A stretch of 64,000 bases of DNA. Source: an uncultured bacterium (GTDB lineage Bacteria; Edwardsbacteria; AC1; EtOH8). The DNA is taken from NCBI GenBank assembly GCA_937863685.1, contig CALMGM010000012.1, positions 1,816 through 65,815 on the forward strand, in the 5' to 3' direction. This document shows, one piece after another, positions 50,192-58,900 of the stretch; the stretch's first letter is position 1; the number at the start of each line of letters is the position of its first letter. A model generated the notes under the pieces. The model was not told the origin of the DNA, ran no database searches, and worked only from the letters and a program-made list of their open reading frames with translations. The translations under genes were made by a program, and so were the position numbers.

Positions 50192-50236
50192 GGGATCCTT
50201 CGCTCGGGTCCAAGGTCTGAAATTCGCCAGAATTTC
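50192..50236. repeat. REP-like element with the CTTC-N21-TTC core
   Basis: GGGATCCTTC-N21-TTCGCCAGAATTTC. Confidence 0.5.
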
Positions 50237-50291
50237 TTCTTGACTATTAATAGAGTATCTCAACGGACTGTCTTAGTTATCCACAGGGGTT

Positions 50292-50522
50292 TTAGCCCGC
50301 AACAAGCTTTTTACCCATCGGGGAATCAACAGGTATCATGTCTTTTGAATTACACTTAGGACAACCTTTGTAACGGCTTCCTAAGCGCCACATAGAATAG
50401 ATTAAACCTGGGACAAGGAATATAAACCATAATAAAATCTCTAAACCGATAGAACCTTTGGTAATATTTTTAGGTTTTCCCACAAAACCGCATTTAGTGC
50501 ATACCTGATCAGCGTTTGCCAT
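50292..50522 (-). CDS. Small membrane protein with split zinc ribbon
   Basis: CTKC-(TM helix)-CPKC; AAGGAG RBS; low GC. Confidence 0.75.
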   Translation of the reverse strand: MANADQVCTKCGFVGKPKNITKGSIGLEILLWFIFLVPGLIYSMWRLGSRYKGCPKCNSKDMIPVDSPMGKKLVAG

Positions 50523-50764
50523 AGTTAAACTCCTTCAATTGTTCTTTAAAATTTAAGAAACTCAAAATACCTTAATTAATTGCATTGCAATATATTAGTT
50601 ATGTTTACTAATCGCAAACTATTGGAAAAAGACCCGGATTTATGTTTACCCGTTTTAACTTATTGGAATTGTAACGAGAAAATAAATAATGCTGTTATAT
50701 TTATTATGGGACAATATAATAATAAATGGTTTTTAAACCATTTAACCCCCAAAGAAGCATCACT

Positions 50765-51169
50765 CTAATAAATTGGTGAATTCCACCACCATATACCAAT
50801 TCCTATCAATATCAAGCCTCCTAAAATGATTGCAGTATTGGCGGGCCGTTTATTTTTATTATTTTCAATTTCAATATCGGCTTTCGTTTTCTGGGTGCTT
50901 TGCCACTTGTAAATGATTCCGTTCGGACCCACTCTGAAGCTTGTATAACGGGTCGGCTGAATTATATCCACCCAGGTGAGAACCCTTCCGCCTTGGCCAT
51001 CATCCTTTTCCCCATTACAATCACCCCATTCCTGGACCACTTCATTATAATGTTTCCCGACATATCCCTCGCATACTTCTCTCATGGTCGGGCCTTTAGG
51101 CTTTGTTGTGGCGCAGCCGATAAGATTCAAAAAAATGATCGTTGAAAGCACGATTCGCCATGTCTTCAT
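50765..51169 (-). CDS. Hypothetical lipoprotein with C-terminal TM helix
   Basis: GGAGG RBS, lipobox LIGC, VG......WG motif, hydrophobic C-terminus. Confidence 0.7.
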   Translation of the reverse strand: MKTWRIVLSTIIFLNLIGCATTKPKGPTMREVCEGYVGKHYNEVVQEWGDCNGEKDDGQGGRVLTWVDIIQPTRYTSFRVGPNGIIYKWQSTQKTKADIEIENNKNKRPANTAIILGGLILIGIGIWWWNSPIY

Positions 51170-51191
51170 CCATCTGCCCTCCATTTAATAA

Positions 51192-51223
51192 ATAAATGCT
51201 GGCCAAGAGTAGCCAGCATTTAT
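51192..51223 (-). terminator. Intrinsic terminator after leuS
   Basis: ATAAATGCTGGC..GCCAGCATTTAT. Confidence 0.7.
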
Positions 51224-51235
51224 ATCAATAATTGA

Positions 51236-53857
51236 TCAAACTACGATATTCACCAGTTTCTTGGGTATCACCACCACCTTCTTCACGTTCACATTTACCA
51301 GATGCTCCTTCACCTTCTCGCTGTTGAGGGCCGTCTTCTTAAGCTCCTCGTCGCTGATATCGGCCGGAACGGTGATCCGGTCCCTGAGCTTGCCGTTTAT
51401 CTGCACCACCAGGGTGATCTCATCGTTGGCGGCGATCACCGGATCGGATTTAGGCCACTGGGCCCGGTAGGTGGTCCCCTTATGTCCCAACAACTGCCAC
51501 AGTTCCTCGGACATGTGCGGTGTGAACGGCGCCATCAGCAGGATCAGGGTATCTATTATCTCCGAGGCCAGATAGGGATACTGGTCCGCCAGCTTCTCCC
51601 CCTTGACCGGAAAGGCCGCGTAGACCTCGTTGGTAAGCTCCATCAGGGCCGCCACCGAGGTGTTGAACTGGAACTTCTCCATGTCATCGGTGACCTTATT
51701 TATAGTCTGGTGCAGTTTGCGCCTGACCGCCTTGGCGGCGGAATGCTCCTCATCATTGACCTGGGATGCCCAGTCGGGCTGGTAGACCGGCTGGTAGGTG
51801 TTTATCCAGCGCCACACCCGGCTGACGAAGCGGAACGACCCGTTGATGCCCTCCTCCGTCCACTGAACGTCGTCCTCGAACGGGGCCACGAACATCTCGT
51901 AGACCCTCAGGCTGTCGGCCCCGTACTTTTCGGCGATCTCGTCCGGGGTCACCACATTGCCCCTGGACTTGGACATCCGGGCCCAGCGCCAGACCGTCTG
52001 CTCCTTGGGGAAGGCCTCCCGCTCCTCCGGCTTCAGCACGATCCAGTCCACCAGGTGGGTCTCTGCTCCTTCGCTTTCCATGCTCTCGTCGCTGCGCGGT
52101 TTTCGCCCCGGAGTATAGGCTAAAAGAGATCCCTGGTTGTGCAGGGTCAAAAACGGCTCGGTGAAATTCACGTATCCTTCATCATATAAGACCTTGGTCC
52201 AAAAACGGGAATACAGCAGGTGCGAGCGGATATGCTCGGCCCCTCCGGCGTAGATGTCCACCGGCAGCCAGTAATCGAGCTTTTCTTTGGAGGCAAAATA
52301 CTTATCATTCTTGGGATCGGCGAAGCGCATAAAATACCAGGAAGAACAGGCGTAGCCGCCCATGGTGTCGGTCTCGCGCTTGGCCGGGCCGCCGCATTTC
52401 GGACATTTAGTATTTACAAATTCCGGTATATTGGCTAGGGGCGACTCACCGGTACCCGAAGGCTGGTAGTTCTCCACCTCCGGCAACAGCACCGGAAGTT
52501 GTTCCTCCGGAACCGGCACCACGCCGCATTTGGGGCAGTGGATCATGGGAATGGGCGCTCCCCAATAACGCTGACGGCTGATCAGCCAATCACGCAGGCG
52601 GTAGTTGACCTTGCCCTCCCCGGTTTTGTTTTCCACCAGCCATTTGATGAATTTGGAGATGGTCTCTTTTGAGTTAGGCAGTCCATCAAACTGCCCGGAA
52701 TTTATCATAGAACCACCATCGGGAATGGCCTGGGTCATCTCCTCGGGGCTTGCCGGACCGCCCTCCGATTTGAAGACCATCCGGATGGGAATGTTGAACT
52801 TTTTGGCGAATTCGAAGTCGCGCTGATCGTGAGCCGGAACGGCCATGATGGCTCCGGTGCCGTAGCCCATCATCACGTAATCGGCTATCCAAACGGGAAT
52901 CTTCTCGCCGTTGACCGGATTTGTGATATAACTGCCGGTGAAGACGCCGGTCTTGGTGCGCTCGGTGTTCAGTCGCTCGATCTCGGTCTCGCTACGCACC
53001 TTTTTGATATAAGCCTCGATATCAGCCCTCTGTTCTGGGGTGGTCAGTTGCTCGACCATGGGATGCTCGGGCGCCAGCACCATGAAGGTGGCCCCGAACA
53101 AGGTATCCGGCCGGGTGGTGAACACTTCAATTTCAAATTTCAAATTTGCAATTTCAAATTTAACTGTGGCCCCCTCGCTCCGCCCTATCCAATCGCGCTG
53201 CATCTCCTTCATGCCCTCGGTCCATTTAAGGCCTTCGAGATCATTCAGCAAACGGTCGGCGTAGGCCGTGATCTTAAAGAACCACTGAGGCATGGGCCGC
53301 TTTTCCACCACGGTATCGCAACGCCAGCAGCGGCCCTCCTTGACCTCCTCGTTTGCCAGGCCGGTCTTGCAGGCCGGGCACCAGTTGATGGGCGCGGTGT
53401 CGCGATAGGCCAGCCCCTTATTGTAGAGCAAGAGGAATATCCACTGGGTCCACTTGTAATATTCTGGCAGACTGGAATTTATCTCCCGGTCCCAGTCGTA
53501 GCTGCAGCCGGTCAGCTTGAGGGTTCTCTTGTAATTGGCGGCGTATTCCGGCACCATCAGCCGGGGGTTGCGTCCCTTCTTGATGGCTTCGTTCTCGGCC
53601 GGCTGGCCGAAGGCGTCCCAGCCCATGGGATGCAGCACGTTGAATCCGTCCATGCTCTTGTAGCGACAGAAGGCGTCCATCGGCACGTAGTTCTTGAGGT
53701 GTCCCACATGAAGGCCCGAACCGGATGGGTAGGGAAACATCTCCAGGCAGTATACCTTGGGTTTGTCGGATCGTTCATCAGCCCGGAAGGTCTTCTCCCT
53801 CTCCCAGGTCTTCTGCCAGCTGGCTTCGATCTCTCTGAAATTGTATTCTCTGGTCAT
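51236..53857 (-). CDS. leuS: Leucine--tRNA ligase
   Basis: MFPYPSG.GLHVGH, editing domain TTRPDT and GTGAIMAVPAHDQRD, SRQRYWG, RMSKS. Confidence 0.95.
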   Translation of the reverse strand: MTREYNFREIEASWQKTWEREKTFRADERSDKPKVYCLEMFPYPSGSGLHVGHLKNYVPMDAFCRYKSMDGFNVLHPMGWDAFGQPAENEAIKKGRNPRLMVPEYAANYKRTLKLTGCSYDWDREINSSLPEYYKWTQWIFLLLYNKGLAYRDTAPINWCPACKTGLANEEVKEGRCWRCDTVVEKRPMPQWFFKITAYADRLLNDLEGLKWTEGMKEMQRDWIGRSEGATVKFEIANLKFEIEVFTTRPDTLFGATFMVLAPEHPMVEQLTTPEQRADIEAYIKKVRSETEIERLNTERTKTGVFTGSYITNPVNGEKIPVWIADYVMMGYGTGAIMAVPAHDQRDFEFAKKFNIPIRMVFKSEGGPASPEEMTQAIPDGGSMINSGQFDGLPNSKETISKFIKWLVENKTGEGKVNYRLRDWLISRQRYWGAPIPMIHCPKCGVVPVPEEQLPVLLPEVENYQPSGTGESPLANIPEFVNTKCPKCGGPAKRETDTMGGYACSSWYFMRFADPKNDKYFASKEKLDYWLPVDIYAGGAEHIRSHLLYSRFWTKVLYDEGYVNFTEPFLTLHNQGSLLAYTPGRKPRSDESMESEGAETHLVDWIVLKPEEREAFPKEQTVWRWARMSKSRGNVVTPDEIAEKYGADSLRVYEMFVAPFEDDVQWTEEGINGSFRFVSRVWRWINTYQPVYQPDWASQVNDEEHSAAKAVRRKLHQTINKVTDDMEKFQFNTSVAALMELTNEVYAAFPVKGEKLADQYPYLASEIIDTLILLMAPFTPHMSEELWQLLGHKGTTYRAQWPKSDPVIAANDEITLVVQINGKLRDRITVPADISDEELKKTALNSEKVKEHLVNVNVKKVVVIPKKLVNIVV
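53127..53161. repeat. 7-bp tandem repeat (5 units) inside leuS
   Basis: tcaattt caaattt caaattt gcaattt caaattt. Confidence 0.7.
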
Positions 53858-53943
53858 TGTATCAGGTGTTTGGTTTAAGTTAAAAGCCTTCAGAATATTT
53901 GATAAATCTGAAGGCTATCGTTTGGCTTTAATAGGCCTCGATT

Positions 53944-54846
53944 TTATTTTCCGCCCAGCAGGTCGGTGGCGTTGATAAGCTCATTGCCGCATTTCTCGCA
54001 GTACCAGTTGTCGGCCCGGTTGAAGGCCCCGCATTTGGGGCATTTGAGCTCGCCCTCGTGGGACTCTTCAATATGAATATCTCCGGCTTCCGGCTGTGAT
54101 GGCAGGCTTTCCATCATCAGCACCGGCTCCGGCATCGGAGCCGGTGATTCGGAGGCCGGCTGCTCCTGGCCGAAACTGGAACCCAATATGCTGGCAAATT
54201 GTTTTTCCAGTTCGTCCAGTTCGCTGCGCTGGGCCAGCGGGGTCGGTTCGGGAACCGCTGGCGGTTCGGGAGCAGCCGGTGGCACAGGGACCGGTTCTGG
54301 TTTAGGCGCCGGCGCAGGCTTGACGGCGGCAACAGGCTTGGGTGGCTCAGGTTTTGGTAATTTGGGCGGGGCCGCCAGCGGCTCGGGCGGAGGCGGTGGG
54401 GCGGCCGGGGCTGATGGCTTGCCGCCCACCAGGGCCTGGTACCTGTCTATCTTCTCGGCCAGCTCCTGCATTTTGGCGACAATGGCCTCGTTCTCCTGGT
54501 TATAGGCAACAGATTTCTGGGCGTAATCGGCATCCTCCACCTCGCCGATGGCGGCCCGCAGTTCCAACTCCTCCATCTCGGTGCGGATCTCCTTTTCCCG
54601 GGCCAGCAATCCGGCCTGCTCGGTCAAAGCGGAATCCAGGGCCTCCTGCATCCCGGCGCCTTTTTCCTCCAACAGAACCTGCAATTCCAGCAGCTTGGCC
54701 TCGTACTCCCCGCGCACCTTCTGAAATATCTCCGGCTTGGTAGCGGCCTTCTTTTCGTCCAACAGTCGGATTCTCTTGTTGAAGACCTCGGTCAGGCGTT
54801 GAAGTTCCTCGATCGATTCGTTGCCGGTGATGTTCTCTAAAGCCAT
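53944..54846 (-). CDS. Coiled-coil, proline-rich, double zinc-ribbon protein
   Basis: N-terminal heptads, Pro/Ala linker, CPKC..CEKC at the C-terminus. Confidence 0.8.
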   Translation of the reverse strand: MALENITGNESIEELQRLTEVFNKRIRLLDEKKAATKPEIFQKVRGEYEAKLLELQVLLEEKGAGMQEALDSALTEQAGLLAREKEIRTEMEELELRAAIGEVEDADYAQKSVAYNQENEAIVAKMQELAEKIDRYQALVGGKPSAPAAPPPPPEPLAAPPKLPKPEPPKPVAAVKPAPAPKPEPVPVPPAAPEPPAVPEPTPLAQRSELDELEKQFASILGSSFGQEQPASESPAPMPEPVLMMESLPSQPEAGDIHIEESHEGELKCPKCGAFNRADNWYCEKCGNELINATDLLGGK

Positions 54847-54863
54847 TATTATTTCCTTAAGTA

Positions 54864-55859
54864 TTAGGAAGATAATTTATAAATGAGTTCTTGGACCAGG
54901 GTCCGGGGTTCTCCCCGGCCGGATTTTAGGGCGTATTCGGCAAGATATATCCGCCCCATTGCCCGAAGGTACTGCTGGGCGGTCCTGTTCCGCGAAACCG
55001 GGATCATCTGGTTCACGTAATATTCGTGGCTCTGGATACTGTAGCCGATCTGCCGGGGGGGCACGCCGCGGGCGGTCAGGAGAAATACCTTCCAGAATTT
55101 TTCCAGCTGGTAATAGACGGAACTCACCAGTCTGACCGGGTCTTCCCCGGAGGACAACAACCGTTCGTATAACAGCAGCGATCTTACCCGGTCCCTGGCG
55201 CAGATGGCATTGGCCAATTCGTAGCTTTCGACCTCAAAAGATGATCCTGCCAGGGATTTTATATCGTCCTGGGTGATCTCGGTTCCTTCCCGGCCCGCCG
55301 AGTAAAGCTCTAATTTCTCGATCTCCTTGTCCAAAATGCCCAGGTTGTTGCCGGAGATGTCCACCAACAGCTGGGCTCCGGCCGGTTTAACGGTCAGACC
55401 CCGGGCAGAGGCTTTGGCCATCACCCATTTTACGGTCTCGGCTTCCTTCAGTTGGTTGAAGGCCAGGGTCGGTATCTTTTCGTTCAGTCCCTTGTAAAAA
55501 GCCGTCTTTTTATCCAGATTAACCGAACACAGGATCAGGCAGACATCCTGACTGGGACAATCCAGGTATTCCAGTATCTGCTTGCGGCCCTTGACCGACA
55601 GGGACTCTATCTCTTTGACCACGATCAACCGCTGTTCGGCAAACATTCCCAGGCTTTGGGTTCTCTGGACAATGCTGGCCCCGTCCTGTTCGGTGGCCGA
55701 AATGCGCTCCAAACCCTGTGAAACCTGGGATTCCCCCAGAAAAGCCAGGGCCAACCGGCCTATGGCCTGATCTTTAAGATACTCCTCTTCCCCCGGGAAA
55801 AAATACGCCAAAGCTATCTTTTTTGCCGCGATCTGACGTTCTAAGTCGTTAAATGTCAT
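54864..55859 (-). CDS. holA: DNA polymerase III subunit delta
   Basis: Y.F.GEE.YL, MFAEQRLIVV, L..EIEKL.LY, LKSG. Confidence 0.9.
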   Translation of the reverse strand: MTFNDLERQIAAKKIALAYFFPGEEEYLKDQAIGRLALAFLGESQVSQGLERISATEQDGASIVQRTQSLGMFAEQRLIVVKEIESLSVKGRKQILEYLDCPSQDVCLILCSVNLDKKTAFYKGLNEKIPTLAFNQLKEAETVKWVMAKASARGLTVKPAGAQLLVDISGNNLGILDKEIEKLELYSAGREGTEITQDDIKSLAGSSFEVESYELANAICARDRVRSLLLYERLLSSGEDPVRLVSSVYYQLEKFWKVFLLTARGVPPRQIGYSIQSHEYYVNQMIPVSRNRTAQQYLRAMGRIYLAEYALKSGRGEPRTLVQELIYKLSS

Positions 55860-55933
55860 CTTAACTGTATAGTTTACTAACTAAATAAGGATTTGTCAAC
55901 AAAATTCTTAAAACGAATTTTTCCGATAAAATT

Positions 55934-55961
55934 AAGCCGGGCCTTATAAAGGCCCGGCTTT
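55934..55961 (-). terminator. Intrinsic terminator
   Basis: AAGCCGGGCCTT-ATA-AAGGCCCGGCTT. Confidence 0.7.
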
Positions 55962-55973
55962 CTGGAGCGAGTC

Positions 55974-58900
55974 TTAACGCAGTATGGTCATCCTTTTGGT
56001 CAGGGTTCTGTTCATGGTCCTTAGCTGGTAAATGTAGACCCCCGATGCCAGTCTGGCGCCGTTGCGGTCGGTGCCGTTCCAATCGATGGCATGGTTTCCG
56101 GCCTCCAGCTTGCCGTCAAACAGGGTATTCACCTTCTGCCCCAGGACGTTGAACACCTCCAGGCTGGCCTGGGCCGATACCGGCAAACTGAACTTGAACG
56201 TGGTCCTTCCGGTTGTCATGGGATTGGGAGCCACGGACTTGAGCTGCAGTGTATAGACCTGGCTCTCCGGCTTTCCGGCCACACCGGTGGGAGTGGCTGA
56301 GGCCTCGTTGGAATAGGCGCTGAAAGTGTCGGGTGATGAATAGACAGCCCTGACCACGTAGTAGTATGTATTATTATTCAACACTGTTGTGTCGGTGTAG
56401 GTGGTATCGTTGACCTTAGACAGCCCGGTATAAGGTCCTCCGGAGACGTTGCTTCTTAACAGATCATATCCGGCAATGTTCTTGGCCAGGAACAAGGCAC
56501 CTGTCATTCCAGGATAGACTGCGGCTTGTTTGTTCTCGATCCGGACCGGTTTGAGGTCTGCCAGGGCCGCCAGGGGCCTGGCTCCAGGTTTCGGCAGGTA
56601 TGATTTCAGCGCCAGGCCCTTGCTGTAGTCGTGGTAGGAGACCGCCGACTCATGGCTCCAGTCGTGATAGGTGGTGCCACCGCTGATCAGATTGCCCCAG
56701 GCGGCAGCCGAGGAATCATAAACCAGGGAGCGGATCCCCGGCCCGTCGCTGTCGCTCAACGGCATCGGCATATTGTCGGTCCGGATGACGTAGCCGATGT
56801 GGAAATCGCCGGAGGACAGTACCAGATTTTGGGCTGACAGGTCGACCACGGTATAGGCCGGGTAGTCCAAAGGCATGATGGTGACCGGCGGGACCAATTC
56901 GGCTGAACGATCGGGCAATCCGGAACCGTCATCCGCCCAGACGTGGAGCTCCACCGAATCCAGCCCGGCGGCATCCCACCAGGATGACACCGCCTGCTCC
57001 AGTTTGCAGGGATAGTGCTGGGGGGTGAACCGGGTGTCAACAATATTGCCGGCATCCTGGAAGAAACCGGTGTTGTTGGTGAGATAGTAGCTAAGCACCT
57101 GGGCCGGCGGGGTCCAGGTGAGGTCGACGGTCAGGTTGCCGCCTAAGGCGGACAATCCGGATGGCGCCAGGGGCGACAGGATCCGGAACTGGTATCCCCG
57201 GTACATGCCGGGGTCATACTGCACCGCCCCTCCGTCATCCCAGGCCCCGAAGAAGAATTCTATGACCGTTCCGGCCGCCAGCGGCCCCGGGATGCTGTAG
57301 TTGAAGGTATCCCCGTCGGTTGAGGAATGGACCACGGCCCACCAGTCGGTGGCGTTGTCGGTGTACCACAGGGTGTCGGCCGCTATCCCCGCCTTGCCCA
57401 GGTCGGTTATCGCCGCCCGGACTATGAAAGGACCGGTTCCGTCATATGTGTCCCCGGGTTGCTGGACCAGGGTGATCTCCGGCCCCTTGAAGGGACTGGA
57501 GGTAAACTGGACCACGGTGTCCGGTAGAAATTCTATGCTATTGCCGGCCAAATCGATGCCCGAGGTGATTATAACTGACATCACCGTGCTGTAGGGATAG
57601 GGATCCTGGGGGATCAAAGTAAATGTATCTCCGGCCGCATTCCAGCCCGGAGTGAAATCATGGAAGGGATTGGTATATCCGTCAAGCGAATCGGTGTTCA
57701 TCGGCTCGGAGAAGGCGATGACTATGGTATCGTTAAGGCCCACGTCAACCGCTCCCCAGGCCGGCGAAACGGAGACAATGTAAGGCTTGACCGTGTCGCC
57801 GACGGTGGTGGTGAACATGAAGCTGTCCGGCAGAGCCGCCAGGGGATTCCCCGCCAGGTCGTTAAGGGCGGTGAGCTTGACATTGTAGACAGTGTTCATT
57901 GACATCGGGTCATGCGACAGGAAAAGCGTGTCCATTGAAGCATTCCAGAACGGGTACTCGTTGGGGCTGGGCGTCATGCTGCCGGCCAGGGATAGGGTGT
58001 CCACCGGTTCCGAGAAGGCAATGTAGATTGCTGCGTCCAATGCCACGTCAGAGGCTCCATCGGCCGGAGAGGTGGAGACTATGTATGGCTTGACCGTGTC
58101 GCCGACGATGGTGGTGAACATGAAACTGTCCGGCAGGACCACCAGGGGGTTGCCTGACAGGTCGTTAAGGGCGGTGATCTCCAAGGTATAGGTCGTACCG
58201 GTTTCCAGATCTCCATGGACATAGAACATGGTATCCATGGTAGGATTCCAGGTCGGGTAGGATGGCGATGGCACCGGGTTTATGGTGCCGCTCACCGAAA
58301 GGGTATCTACCGCTTCGGAGAAGGCTACATACATCAGAGTGTTCAAAGCCACCTCGGTGGCGCCGTCGGCCGGATAGGTGGCCGTAATAAACGGCGCAAT
58401 GGTATCAGGGGCAAGGGAATTCTGATTCTTGGCCATGGTAAAATCGGAGAAATCGATCAGGCCGGATAGCTGGATGGTATTGTTCGCGGTGTCCCGGGAA
58501 GCAATTGCCGGGAAGGCCCATCCGGCATCATGTTTGCCGGCCACCATGTTTAACTCATCGTCCGCTTCCAAAAGATCGGCGTTGAAGTCGGACGAAAGAT
58601 AGGTCAGGTCCAGACCATAGTCGTCGAAGGTCGCAATGGAATCCGGCCTCCAGCCAAGGTTCCACCAGCGCTTCAACGTTTGCTGGGGCACCGCCGCCGA
58701 GGCATGCTCTCCGTCGTTAGACATGCAGGCCAGCAGGCCTGATTTGCTGACATTATTGAAATGCACTACGGCCGGGGTATAGCCTTGGCTGGTCCCGACA
58801 GCAAAATGGACGTCCTGTCCAGCCGCCCAGACCGGCACCTGGCGCCCCATATAGCCGATCACATATCCGTCGGTGGAGTTCTTGTTGAAGGATCCCAGCA

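Noticed and set aside
50580..50768. 62-aa plus-strand ORF
   Set aside because: TTG start with no RBS, in AT-rich DNA upstream of a minus-strand gene; no supporting motif.
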